Positions 19,487-28,759 are shown, counted from the first letter of the stretch. The stretch is DNA of 64,000 bases from a virus (IMGVR_UViG_3300037454_001182:15204-79203); one strand, 5' to 3'. Translations and numbers: made by a program. Notes: generated by a model not told the origin, from the letters alone.

Positions 19487-19972
19487 TTATAATTTATAGA
19501 AGTCAATACCCTTTGCCAACAGTTGGCTCTTCAATTCGTCAAACTGGTGCTTATCTATACTGGTGAACAACAGACCCTCTTTTGTCTGGCCGTGAAACTT
19601 CACATAGGATGGGAAATTCAACTGATTCACGGTCACTGCGTCCTGTTGGTAGAATACGAAATCATGGTCACGCTCAAACATCACCAAAGCCTCTGGATGG
19701 GCTTGCTTGCTCTTGCAATACTCCCTCAGAATCCTCTCACGTTCTGCAACTCCGGCCATCGTACTGAAGAAAGCACTGACGAACATTCTCTTTACTTCTG
19801 CCTCATTTGCTTCTGGGTAGTCAGTCTTGACAATCAACTGACAATTACCTGCATAGTTTGACCAACTTATTTCAAAGTTATAGTAGGTGGCACCCTCCAT
19901 AACTCGTTTGATGCTCTTGCAATCTTGCTCACAGAGATTGCCTAACTCGTTTCCCAAATAGACTTCAATCAT
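19487..19972 (-). CDS. Hypothetical protein with degenerate C-terminal MutS domain I-like region
   Basis: REYCKSKQAHPEALVMFERDHDFVFYQQDAVTV parallels the MutS-I pattern QYxxxKxxHPDAxLxFRxGDFYExFxEDA; AGAGCA-ATG start. Confidence 0.55.
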   Translation of the reverse strand: MIEVYLGNELGNLCEQDCKSIKRVMEGATYYNFEISWSNYAGNCQLIVKTDYPEANEAEVKRMFVSAFFSTMAGVAERERILREYCKSKQAHPEALVMFERDHDFVFYQQDAVTVNQLNFPSYVKFHGQTKEGLLFTSIDKHQFDELKSQLLAKGIDFYKL

Positions 19973-20023
19973 TGCTCTTGATATTAGCGGAGGTGAGCGG
20001 TGAGGCCCACCTCCAGATGAATA

Positions 20024-20746
20024 CTATGCCATAATCTCGATGTCGATACTCTCAACCCTTGCAATCTGGGTGGCTCCCTCGCGGTCAAAGAGATACTTCT
20101 GGAATGCGTCTTTGATTCTCATCACGCTCACACAGCAATACTCTTCACCAACAGGGAAACCATCATGTGAGAGGTCGAAGTTACCAGGCTTCCTGTACGA
20201 CTTGATGCCGTTGGCGTTTGCGGTGGCTCTGGCATCGTTCCAACGCTCATAACCATCACCGTCATTCTTGACGAACATTCTGGTGTTGCGGATGGTATGG
20301 AAATCACTCTCTTGCTTGAAGTACTCCCGAATCACACAGAACTTGTTGATGATGGAGTGTTCGCTGTCAATGAGCGACTGGATGTGTTCGCGGCTGATGT
20401 GTCCAGTCTCAGCGGTCACATCAAAAGTGTACGGCTCTTCGGTGGCAGGTTCAGTCTCAGCCTCATCATTGGTAGGCTCTGGCTCATCAACAGGCTCATT
20501 CTCTGGTTCTGGCTCGATGGCCTCTGGCTCGTTCACTGGTTCCAGATTCTCTTCCGGCTCGATGGCTACCGTGGCATTGGCCTTGGTGCGGTAGTATGAG
20601 ATAAGGGCGGTGAGGCTTCTCTTGCCCTTAACCTCTTCGTACTCCTTGAAGAGTTCAGCGTTAGCACTCAGAGCGGCCTCAAAGGTCATGCTCTCAAAGT
20701 TCACCTTAATCTGGTTCTTAATCTCGTTTACATCTAACTGTTTCAT
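20024..20746 (-). CDS. Hypothetical protein with acidic Pro/Glu linker
   Basis: 240-aa ORF, AGAGCA-ATG start, own promoter upstream. Confidence 0.7.
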   Translation of the reverse strand: MKQLDVNEIKNQIKVNFESMTFEAALSANAELFKEYEEVKGKRSLTALISYYRTKANATVAIEPEENLEPVNEPEAIEPEPENEPVDEPEPTNDEAETEPATEEPYTFDVTAETGHISREHIQSLIDSEHSIINKFCVIREYFKQESDFHTIRNTRMFVKNDGDGYERWNDARATANANGIKSYRKPGNFDLSHDGFPVGEEYCCVSVMRIKDAFQKYLFDREGATQIARVESIDIEIMA

Positions 20747-20790
20747 TGCTCTTAAATTTTAATTGTGAATAATGTTTTTTGTTTAATTTC

Positions 20791-20870
20791 TATACTGCAA
20801 AGATAGCGTATTTTTCTGAATTATCAAAACGGAAACTCGTTTATTTTCAGCGACTTAACTCTGTTTAACG
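20791..20870 (-). promoter_or_regulatory. ~80-bp repeated promoter element, copy 1
   Basis: Minus strand TTTG-ataattcagaaaaatacgc-TATCTTTG (Bacteroidetes -33/-7 consensus) plus conserved upstream block. Confidence 0.8.
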
Positions 20871-21106
20871 TCTTGGCGTTCTCTATATGAGCCTTTCTTT
20901 GTCTCGGCCTTGATTTCGCCATAACTCGCATTACTCTCCCAGACTTTCTCACCATCGTTTATCTCGGTGACGAAATATCCAGTATCACCCAGGAACCCGA
21001 CTATTTTCAAAGTCCAGTAGTAGTGACCATGGGAATAAACATCGTAACTCTTGCCGATATAGGACTGCATGATGTTTCTCATTCTTGTGCTGATACCCTT
21101 TTTCAT
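20855..21106 (-). CDS. Hypothetical protein
   Basis: 83 aa, AGAGCA-ATG start. Confidence 0.65.
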   Translation of the reverse strand: MKKGISTRMRNIMQSYIGKSYDVYSHGHYYWTLKIVGFLGDTGYFVTEINDGEKVWESNASYGEIKAETKKGSYRERQDVKQS

Positions 21107-21126
21107 TGCTCTTACTTGTTTGATGG

Positions 21127-21435
21127 TTACAACTCGATTTCCTCAAATCCGAAACTGTCACAGTAGTAGAACTTATCTTCCAGTTTGATGATGTCAGAGA
21201 CGGAAAGGCTGTGACCCTTGAATCCCTCTGGCTTTCTACCGATATTGAACTGATGGAAGATTTGCTCCAGTGTAACATACACATCGTTGGCCTCTTCAAT
21301 CTCACCCTCCCATACCTTTTCGTACAGGTCTTTGGTAATCTTCAATCCCAGATGCTCGACCATTTCAAGACTGGAAAACATGATGTAGCGAGAATTTTCT
21401 GCATCGTCTCTTACTTGTAAAATCTGATATTTCAT
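21127..21435 (-). CDS. YodL-like domain protein
   Basis: LEQIFHQFNIGRKPEGFKGHSLSVSDII...YYCDSFGF is the YodL family signature. Confidence 0.8.
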   Translation of the reverse strand: MKYQILQVRDDAENSRYIMFSSLEMVEHLGLKITKDLYEKVWEGEIEEANDVYVTLEQIFHQFNIGRKPEGFKGHSLSVSDIIKLEDKFYYCDSFGFEEIEL

Positions 21436-21470
21436 TGCTCTTTTTATTTAATTGGTTATCTTTTATTATT

Positions 21471-21560
21471 GTACTACAAAGATAGCGTTTTTTTCTGAAA
21501 GTACAAAACGAAAAACCAATTATTTTCAGCCAGTTATGCCTCAACCAACCATTTTTAACG
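21471..21560 (-). promoter_or_regulatory. Repeated promoter element, copy 2
   Basis: TACTACAAAGATAGCGTTTTTTTCTGAAAGTACAAAACG...TTTTTAAC on the plus strand. Confidence 0.75.
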
Positions 21561-21580
21561 TATCAAGAAAAAAGACAGCC

Positions 21581-21808
21581 TCAACGCTGCCTTTTGCTGT
21601 TCTGGTGAAGATTGTGCCAGAAACTTTTGTACTCCATACATTTGTCGTAGGTGACACCGTACCGACTGGCCCAATGCTCTATATCTTCTCTGGAGGCATC
21701 GAAGCCTACGACCTCCCAAACACACCCTGCGCGGTGTTTTCTGTCAGTCTCAGCATCTACCGTAAACTCGGAGTGCATTTTTGCAGTCAACTCTTCTTGT
21801 AGTTCCAT
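21581..21808 (-). CDS. Small protein, candidate immunity partner of the MuF-GNAT fusion
   Basis: 75 aa starting 18 bp after the MuF stop codon; role inferred from position. Confidence 0.5.
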   Translation of the reverse strand: MELQEELTAKMHSEFTVDAETDRKHRAGCVWEVVGFDASREDIEHWASRYGVTYDKCMEYKSFWHNLHQNSKRQR

Positions 21809-21825
21809 GATGCAAAGGTACGGAT

Positions 21826-23547
21826 TTATTTTGGATAACCAATATATTCTTTCATGTATTTTACTTGTTTCCTGTTCTCGAAGTCTAAAAAGCCCTGCCA
21901 GTGTTCACCTTTCAGCAACTTTTCACCATACGGCATATTAGCCAACAGGTTCATCGGGAACGATTCAGAACCTCTGCCATTGACAAGCGACATGGCTTCC
22001 TCGTATTCCTCTCTGGTGATTCTTGCAGAACTGACAGCCCTTTGGAGTAGATTCTTCACCTCGGATTGAGTGGCACAGAATCCATACTTTGCCCACGCAT
22101 AGCCACCGACATCAGCATTAGCCTTTACGTTCACTCTGGCAACCCTCATATCGCCATACTCTGCGAACAGATTGCGGAATATCTCTTTTGAGATACCTTT
22201 GCCCTGCAACTCTTTAGGCAGAAAGAATCTGGAGTGATTCACCTCAACGCCTCTGTCTGTATGTCTGAAATCACGCACCACCTCAACACGACCGCCACCC
22301 TCAACAACACCGTTATAGGTCATGGCAGCATTGCCATTCTTGAATATGGTAACAGACTTGTCTTTCCAGTAGATGTCTGCGCTATCACCTATCACGGTCA
22401 TAGCCTCATCGAATCTGGGTAGGTTGTACCCTCTCAGTGCGGAACCATTGTAGGCTTTAGCGGTGAACCTGCCAAAGTTTGGCAACTGGCCAATATCATC
22501 TTCTGTAATCTGCCAGTCGGACGGTTTGAGCGCACGATCAATCTGTCTGATATTATCTCGTACCCAATATGGGGACGTACCACGGCTTTGTGCTGTTTCA
22601 ATCTTGGTCTGGTTGTCTCGCACATAGTCTTTGAATGATTCTGGCAGTTCCGTTACCTGTTGCTCTTCTGCGGTGGTCTCACCCTCGCGCATCTTCCAGT
22701 AATCATCCTCACTCATTATGATGGGAACAACATAACACAAATCATTGGGGTGCCATCCAGTCCAGACAAAATCTTTCGGGTACTTACCTGCAAGCATATC
22801 ACATATATCTGGCTTCGGATGGGAGCCGGACAACTTGACCTCATATCCAGTGATGAAGTCAAACTGCTGCCACCTCGTTTGCTCGGCACTACGATAGGCC
22901 ATATTGATTTCAGAACGAGCCAGACGGAGTGACCTATACTCACAGTCGGCACAATCGACAGCATGGCCGTACTTCTCTTCATAGTCAGCCTTTAGGGTGT
23001 CAAAGTCATTCAGATACTTACTCAAACGCTTGCTCAGAGTGACAGCACTCATACCCTTTTCAATGGCTGACGATATGGCATACTCCATTTCTTGGACGTA
23101 GTTCTCTGACTGGTTCCAGATTTTGGCCGACAGGTTCATACCATGCTCAGTGCGGTTCTGGAATGCTCGGAGCGCATCACTATTCGATTGGAAGTACACC
23201 CTTTGCTGCTGACCGTCTATCTGTGCATCGTAATACTTCAAGACTTTCTTTGCCAACAAATCTTGCATTATATTACTCTGCTTCCACTCTGCCGATGTGC
23301 CGGAATAGATGAGGCCGCGCATCTGGCCGAAAAACTCAGACTTCAAATCCTCGACCATCTGAGCCACGTCTGGATAGTCAGCAAAGAGGAACGCTGCCGA
23401 ACCATCATAGGCCGTAGCCTCAACGATTCTGGCAGTCTGGAGGCACAACTCATCATAAATGCTTTGAACCCTCGCCATGTATTGAGATAAACGAGAGTTC
23501 AAAGCATTGTACGCTTTCTTCTGGTTGGGTGTCTTTGGCTTTCCCAT
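21826..23547 (-). CDS. MuF/SPP1 gp7-like minor head protein with C-terminal GNAT-like domain
   Basis: RLARSEINMAY...CDMLAG.YPK...GWHPNDLC is MuF-like; C-terminus VNHSRFFLPKELQGKGISKEIF...ANADVGGYAWAKYGF contains a GNAT motif A. Confidence 0.8.
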   Translation of the reverse strand: MGKPKTPNQKKAYNALNSRLSQYMARVQSIYDELCLQTARIVEATAYDGSAAFLFADYPDVAQMVEDLKSEFFGQMRGLIYSGTSAEWKQSNIMQDLLAKKVLKYYDAQIDGQQQRVYFQSNSDALRAFQNRTEHGMNLSAKIWNQSENYVQEMEYAISSAIEKGMSAVTLSKRLSKYLNDFDTLKADYEEKYGHAVDCADCEYRSLRLARSEINMAYRSAEQTRWQQFDFITGYEVKLSGSHPKPDICDMLAGKYPKDFVWTGWHPNDLCYVVPIIMSEDDYWKMREGETTAEEQQVTELPESFKDYVRDNQTKIETAQSRGTSPYWVRDNIRQIDRALKPSDWQITEDDIGQLPNFGRFTAKAYNGSALRGYNLPRFDEAMTVIGDSADIYWKDKSVTIFKNGNAAMTYNGVVEGGGRVEVVRDFRHTDRGVEVNHSRFFLPKELQGKGISKEIFRNLFAEYGDMRVARVNVKANADVGGYAWAKYGFCATQSEVKNLLQRAVSSARITREEYEEAMSLVNGRGSESFPMNLLANMPYGEKLLKGEHWQGFLDFENRKQVKYMKEYIGYPK

Positions 23548-23550
23548 GAG

Positions 23551-23844
23551 TTACCTGCGCTTACGGCTCCCTCTGGCTCTGCGGTCACCTGCAGTATCAC
23601 TCTTGCTGCCTCTGTTGGCAGAAGCGGACTTATATACAAGTCCATGTGAAGTGTGGCTCAAATCCTTACCACTGCGAGAGGATTTGCCATACTTCTTATC
23701 ATGCTCACGGTTAGCCTTGGCCAGTTCGGCACGTTTCTTCTGCTGTGACGGTTTCTTATTAAACTCCGTATCATAGGCAGCTTTTTTCTCACGCGCCTTG
23801 GGATGGGTTCTGTAATACTCTGTGGAACGGCTTGCCATAGTCAC
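23551..23844 (-). CDS. Basic hypothetical protein, possibly degenerate HNH family
   Basis: 97 aa, Lys/Arg-rich, GKDLSH...SANR motif. Confidence 0.55.
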   Translation of the reverse strand: MTMASRSTEYYRTHPKAREKKAAYDTEFNKKPSQQKKRAELAKANREHDKKYGKSSRSGKDLSHTSHGLVYKSASANRGSKSDTAGDRRARGSRKRR

Positions 23845-23854
23845 CTCCTTTCAG

Positions 23855-24514
23855 TTAGGGCCACTCTCCCAGAGGGCAACTAAAGCCAGAACCGTCAAAC
23901 ACAGGATTCTTGTCTGAGACATCGCCTGTCACCGCATCCACATACAACTGCGCTCGATTATTGCCGAAGATGTATTGAGGATTGGCGTTCTTTGGCCCTA
24001 CCTGTTTTCGTAGTACACAATGGCGCGAATGAGGCTTGGGATAGTTGGCAGACATGACCTTTTCGTAGGCTTGTGCGAATGTAATTTTGATGCCTTGGTC
24101 ATTCAATGGGAAATCCTCAATCCAGAAGCCGTGATGCTGCTCCATCTGCACGTCTTTCTTAGTGTGCGTAAAGATGATTACCTCAGTATCAGCCCCACCA
24201 GAATCAAGGTCGGTCACTACCTGGAACACATTAGTCACGGTTTCAACGGCTCCTGTCTGGTTCTCGCCATCAAGGTAATCAGCCAGAACGATGTCTGTCT
24301 CATAGTACCGATAGTCGGAACCGTAGTTGACGAACATGTATTCAAGGTCGGAACTGATAGCGGTAGCCACGTTCAGCACGACATTTCCACTTGCAACAGT
24401 CTCGGTTGTGGGAACTGATGCCTCCTGCGTTTTCTTTTTGGGGTCGCAAGAGAACAACCCCATGAGCATGACTGCACATAGTGCAAACAGGCTCAGACGA
24501 AGTAGTTTCTTCAT
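23855..24514 (-). CDS. Lipoprotein with PepSY-like C-terminus
   Basis: Signal peptide with lipobox LFS-C; ITFAQAYEKV...LYVDAVTGDV is PepSY-like. Confidence 0.7.
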   Translation of the reverse strand: MKKLLRLSLFALCAVMLMGLFSCDPKKKTQEASVPTTETVASGNVVLNVATAISSDLEYMFVNYGSDYRYYETDIVLADYLDGENQTGAVETVTNVFQVVTDLDSGGADTEVIIFTHTKKDVQMEQHHGFWIEDFPLNDQGIKITFAQAYEKVMSANYPKPHSRHCVLRKQVGPKNANPQYIFGNNRAQLYVDAVTGDVSDKNPVFDGSGFSCPLGEWP

Positions 24515-24519
24515 GTTGT

Positions 24520-24768
24520 TTAATTGATTTGGTTTGGAAATATATCACTTTTTGGTTGGAAGTGAATACAACTCTTTTGACTTAGTAGGACACAGAATTT
24601 CTTGTTAGTGTAGTGAGGGCAACGGCCTAAAGTCGGCTTTCCTTCCAGACTGATTGTGTGGTGCGCTGTCTCATACTCACACAAGGCACAATCACGGCAT
24701 TGGTGATTCCCCACCTCCTGTCTCTGCCTCTGGTTCTGGCTCGGTGTCTTGGTCGGCTTTCTTGACAT
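24520..24768 (-). CDS. Cys-rich hypothetical protein
   Basis: CxxC..C motifs; start may lie downstream of the ORF-track start. Confidence 0.5.
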   Translation of the reverse strand: MSRKPTKTPSQNQRQRQEVGNHQCRDCALCEYETAHHTISLEGKPTLGRCPHYTNKKFCVLLSQKSCIHFQPKSDIFPNQIN

Positions 24769-25087
24769 ACACGTTCAATCTGGATTCAACGATGGTGGAT
24801 TCACCCTGTCTATACACACTAACCTCAACAATATCTTTGGCAGTATTGAAGATGCCAGAAAGATTATGCTTGATGGTCTCATCAATCAGCATACGCAAGG
24901 CTTTACGGCTTGACTTTTCATTATTCTCACGCTTGAACTTACGGAGTTCATTTTTCGTGATTTCATGACCTATGCCGATGGCTTTGGCCTCATAGTGTTC
25001 ATAGATGGGAACTACGGCCGATATAGCGGCCTCTGGATTCAGTTTCATTGCCCACTTGGTGAGTAGGGCGGCTAACTTTTTCTTCAT
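24692..25087 (-). CDS. Hypothetical protein
   Basis: 131-aa ORF right after the portal gene. Confidence 0.6.
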   Translation of the reverse strand: MKKKLAALLTKWAMKLNPEAAISAVVPIYEHYEAKAIGIGHEITKNELRKFKRENNEKSSRKALRMLIDETIKHNLSGIFNTAKDIVEVSVYRQGESTIVESRLNVYVKKADQDTEPEPEAETGGGESPMP

Positions 25088-25098
25088 ACTATTTCGGA

Positions 25099-26562
25099 TT
25101 ACATTACTACTTGATTGCTCATTGCAAAGGCATCGGCCTTGGTCTGTGCCGTGGCCTTTTCCTCTTTCTGAATCTGCTCTAACGTCTGCTGTGCGTTGTC
25201 GCTCATGCCGTAACGCTCGATGGATTCCAGTTGGCTTTCGATGGGCTTGCCACCGTTGGCCACCTTACGCTTGTTAATCTCTGCCAGTTCGTCATTCTGG
25301 ATGAAAGGCGATATGATATGCTCACAGGTGATTGCGTCAATGTCTGCGGCCCACTTGTTATTCATGCACTTCAAGAATGCCTTGATAACATTGAACTCAC
25401 GCTCCAGAAACTCTATCCAGATTCCAGACATTTCACCAATCTTCAAGTGCGCATCTGTGAGCATCGTCTGACGGGCATCAAAGCCGATGTTGCCCAGACC
25501 TTTCATGTTCTCGAAAGATATGTCTGGTATCTGCGCTTGCATCCAGTAGAGTTTGAGCATGGTGTCAACATGGTACTTCAAAGCCTCGATAGCCTGCTGC
25601 CATGCGACATATCCCACATCACCGCCATTCTCGACGCGGAAGATTCTACGGCTTTCGCCCTTATCCTCTTTGCCTTTCATGCCGCCAATGATTTTGAGGA
25701 TGGGGGCAGAGTTGTAGGCTATGACGTTGGAGTTTCTGGAAAGTGTGTACTCTATCTCTTTGCGTAGTCCAGTCAGTCCATGATAGACAGGCTTCGGCAA
25801 CCATGCGTAAGCACCGGGAATCTTCACAATCTGGATTTCATCACCGTGGACTTCCTCACCCTCATCTGAGGTTCTGGCCGTAACCTCTTCCCAGTCACCA
25901 CCTGTCAACTCTTGCCTCCAGATATAGTGACGGTCGGCTGTGTACGTCTCAAAGTAGGTGATACTCTTATCCTTGATTTTCTTGGTGTACTCAAATGACA
26001 TCGACAACATATCATCCATTTCGTCAATGATGGGGTACAACTTTGTGCCGTTCATTGGCGAGTACGTCTTACATTTGAGTTTCCATTTGGAATCAAAGCC
26101 ATACAGGGTGTTAGGCTTCTTTACCGCATACCAGATAGTGAACACTTCACAGGCTGCATACAAATCAAGTCCACGCTTCAAGTTCTCAGAATCAATGCGG
26201 ACGTTTTTGTAGATAGCCTCTAAAGCCTTAACGATGGCCTGTCTGGTCTCATTGGGCGAACCATCATCATTCGTGGTGTTGGAATAAACACGCTTGACAG
26301 GCAGGGCAAAAGTGAACTCTGCCATACGCTTTGCCAACAGTTTTTCCAGTCCGATGCTGATACGTGCTGAAGGTTCTGTTGTACCGTCCGACCGCGTTTT
26401 GTCTTTGAGCGTAGTTGTGTCAGTACAAATCTCATGCTTGGTCGGCTCATAATCTTCAACCAGTTTTTCCCAATCGGGAACTGGAACGGATTTCTCTTTG
26501 AGGTCAGCGATAATTTCACTGGCCTTTCGAGTAAAGTCAATGATGGATGATATATCGGCCAT
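25099..26562 (-). CDS. Portal protein (SPP1 gp6-like)
   Basis: 487 aa upstream of MuF; sequence pattern of SPP1-type portals (YFETYT, ISFENMKGLGNI, DAHLK). Confidence 0.85.
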   Translation of the reverse strand: MADISSIIDFTRKASEIIADLKEKSVPVPDWEKLVEDYEPTKHEICTDTTTLKDKTRSDGTTEPSARISIGLEKLLAKRMAEFTFALPVKRVYSNTTNDDGSPNETRQAIVKALEAIYKNVRIDSENLKRGLDLYAACEVFTIWYAVKKPNTLYGFDSKWKLKCKTYSPMNGTKLYPIIDEMDDMLSMSFEYTKKIKDKSITYFETYTADRHYIWRQELTGGDWEEVTARTSDEGEEVHGDEIQIVKIPGAYAWLPKPVYHGLTGLRKEIEYTLSRNSNVIAYNSAPILKIIGGMKGKEDKGESRRIFRVENGGDVGYVAWQQAIEALKYHVDTMLKLYWMQAQIPDISFENMKGLGNIGFDARQTMLTDAHLKIGEMSGIWIEFLEREFNVIKAFLKCMNNKWAADIDAITCEHIISPFIQNDELAEINKRKVANGGKPIESQLESIERYGMSDNAQQTLEQIQKEEKATAQTKADAFAMSNQVVM

Positions 26563-26589
26563 TTTTCAAAAAAGTTGTAATTACGACCG

Positions 26590-26621
26590 CAAAGGTACAC
26601 AATTTATTTGAATAACAAATA
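26590..26621 (-). promoter_or_regulatory. Portal promoter (TACCTTTG) with operator copy 3 (26605-26621)
   Basis: -7 box at 26590-26597; exact 17-bp palindrome over the -33 region. Confidence 0.75.
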
Positions 26622-26642
26622 AAATTAACTATAAAAATCAAT

Positions 26643-26668
26643 AAAAGGCGCACTTTCGCACACCTTTT
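26643..26668 (-). terminator. Intrinsic terminator
   Basis: Minus strand GGTGTGC-GAAA-GTGCGCC-TTTT. Confidence 0.65.
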
Positions 26669-26697
26669 ACTGTAAACACCCCGATTTTTGCAGGTTC

Positions 26698-26940
26698 TTA
26701 TGCCCTCTGGAACTCTCTATGTCGCGCTAATTGGCTACGATAGCCCTCCATGCAACGCTTCATGTAACTTGTGGCTGCATACCTCGTTGGATTGGTCATG
26801 TACGGCTCTGTCTTATACAGGTTGATTTCCCTGCGACACGTCCACATCTGCTGAATGAGCCATACTTCTGTTTGCGTCTTTTGTCGTTTCATTGCTCTTC
26901 GATTTAGATGTATCAAGATAGCCGATAATACGACCATCAT
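26698..26940 (-). CDS. Hypothetical protein
   Basis: 80-aa ORF. Confidence 0.45.
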   Translation of the reverse strand: MMVVLSAILIHLNRRAMKRQKTQTEVWLIQQMWTCRREINLYKTEPYMTNPTRYAATSYMKRCMEGYRSQLARHREFQRA

Positions 26941-26958
26941 AGAAAGAACGAATAGGTC

Positions 26959-27600
26959 TCATGCCCATAACTTCACGGCTGTATCGTAATTCTTCTGGGC
27001 TTCATTAACGGCTTTCTTGGCATAGGTCAGAGAGTAGGCATGTTCGCGCTCAATCTTACCCTCTTTCATGGCTTGATGGTATGCCTTGGCCTTTTCCAGA
27101 ATCTCAGCGTAATACTGTATGCTCTCTGGCATTGACAGGTTGATGTCCTCAGTGTGACGTTCCCAACCCTCGGCCTTGTCACGGTAGGCTTCTGCCTTAT
27201 CCATTTCAGCGGCCATCTTTCCAGTGTTGCGCCATGCGTCCTCAATGGCTTTGCGGTGTCTGCGCTCAGAATGATGTCCGACTTTGATAGGCTCTCCCAG
27301 AGAGAGGAAAGCTGCATCTTTGTTGGACTTGTCGAAATACTCACCTGCGCGTCTGTCTGCATTGGCGGCTGCTTGCTCGTACTTCTCGACTTTCCGTTTG
27401 GCTCTCTCCTGGCAGTTGTAGCCATCAGCCCGAACGATGGAGTAGTAGAAAAATCCACCACGTTCTGCCACGAGGTTGTAAACGATGTGTTCATTCTCTT
27501 TGCCGTACTTTGTAGTTACGGTGATGATTTCGCCTCTTTCGTGCCTCTCTTCGCATTTTGCTACAAATACGTTGGGGCAATACTTTTGATACGTGTTCAT
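26959..27600 (-). CDS. DUF3560-like protein
   Basis: GEPIKVGHHSERRHRK motif; AGAGCA-ATG start. Confidence 0.8.
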   Translation of the reverse strand: MNTYQKYCPNVFVAKCEERHERGEIITVTTKYGKENEHIVYNLVAERGGFFYYSIVRADGYNCQERAKRKVEKYEQAAANADRRAGEYFDKSNKDAAFLSLGEPIKVGHHSERRHRKAIEDAWRNTGKMAAEMDKAEAYRDKAEGWERHTEDINLSMPESIQYYAEILEKAKAYHQAMKEGKIEREHAYSLTYAKKAVNEAQKNYDTAVKLWA

Positions 27601-27623
27601 TGCTCTTACTTTTTATAGGGTTA

Positions 27624-27926
27624 CTACTTAATTGTCACTTTCACTGGTTGAACGTCCTCGATGATGTCATTTACCCATGTGATAGCCTTGATAGGCTCCA
27701 ATGTCTCGCGGTAGTTCTCAGTATCATACTTGAACTCGATTTCATACAGGGTGCCCGGCTCTCCCTCAAAGAGTATCGACCAGTAGCCATCACTCCAACA
27801 CTCATTGCTGATTTCGTAGGCTTGATTCTTCTGGCTGTTGCTCAACTCGTTCAGACAGTCATTGATAATCGCTGTTCTCTTAACGGTCTCACCGTTACTC
27901 TGGAACTGAATCTTAATCGTTTTCAT
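27624..27926 (-). CDS. Hypothetical protein
   Basis: Start moved to AGAGCA-ATG at 27926 (MKTIKIQ). Confidence 0.65.
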   Translation of the reverse strand: MKTIKIQFQSNGETVKRTAIINDCLNELSNSQKNQAYEISNECWSDGYWSILFEGEPGTLYEIEFKYDTENYRETLEPIKAITWVNDIIEDVQPVKVTIK

Positions 27927-27950
27927 TGCTCTTATTCTTAATTGATTTCT

Positions 27951-28028
27951 ATACTGCAAAGATAACCATTTTTTCTGAATTATCAAAACCGATTGAACTC
28001 TATTTTTAACCGACCAACTCTTTTTAAC
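27951..28028 (-). promoter_or_regulatory. Repeated promoter element, copy 3
   Basis: TATACTGCAAAGATAACC..TTCTGAATTATCAAAAC...CCAACTCTTTTTAAC. Confidence 0.78.
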
Positions 28029-28034
28029 AATATG

Positions 28035-28371
28035 GGAAACAGCGACTTTAATCGCTGCTCCATGCGCCTTTGATTACTGGTACGCTTCCAGAGGATGATT
28101 AAGCGTTCACTCTGCTGTCTGGGTGATACGTGCGACCACGGTTTCTACGGTTTTCTCCTTTGCCCCATCGGTATAAGTTCGGAGGCGTTGACTGGTTACG
28201 AGCTTTTCCTTGCCCCGACTGTCGGCCTGTCTGGTCGCCGCATCGCTTTCAAGTTCCTGTTTTTGTTTCAGAGGATGAGTGCAACTTCAAAGGTGCTAAC
28301 GAAAATGCGGATAACTCACCCTAACCCTAATGAGAGGTTTGTTGGTGCCCGAGGCTCGAACTCAGGCGCAC
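28035..28371 (-). ncRNA. Candidate structured RNA beginning with a tRNA minihelix-like hairpin
   Basis: ~340-nt stretch without a convincing ORF; 5' GTGCGCCTGAGTTCGAGCCTCGGGCACCA; 3' hairpin CAGCGA/TCGCTG followed by TTT. Confidence 0.35.
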
Positions 28372-28375
28372 AGCC

Positions 28376-28759
28376 TTACTGATTCACCATCGGAGTGACT
28401 AACTCCGTAATACCACGCTTGACCGTTTTCTTTGGGGCTTCCAGTTGGTCACAGATGGCGATTCTTTTTCCAGCCCTTACCAGTTTGGGCAGGTAGGTAT
28501 CAAGGGCATGGTGAGGGAACCCGGCCATTGCACCGCGATATGTCTTGTAGTCTGGTCTGACATTTCTACGCCATGTCAGAGTGATACCCAGAATGTCTGC
28601 ACATGTCTTGGCATCCTCATTGTAGGATTCATAGAAATCACTGACACGGAATAAAAGCACTGCGTCTGGATGCTTACTCTTGATGTCGTAATACTGCTTC
28701 ATCATTGGCGAAAGCGTTGTCATATCAACAACCTTTGCACTGGTCTCTGTCTGCTCCAT
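28376..28759 (-). CDS. Stand-alone MutS domain I (mismatch-recognition) protein
   Basis: [35 protein letters not shown]...[29 protein letters not shown]; start moved to MEQTET. Confidence 0.88.
   Translation of the reverse strand: MEQTETSAKVVDMTTLSPMMKQYYDIKSKHPDAVLLFRVSDFYESYNEDAKTCADILGITLTWRRNVRPDYKTYRGAMAGFPHHALDTYLPKLVRAGKRIAICDQLEAPKKTVKRGITELVTPMVNQ

Noticed and set aside
28343-28371. Group II intron 5' end (GTGCG)
   Set aside because: No domain V/VI motif or intron-encoded RT follows; a tRNA T-arm explains the sequence better.
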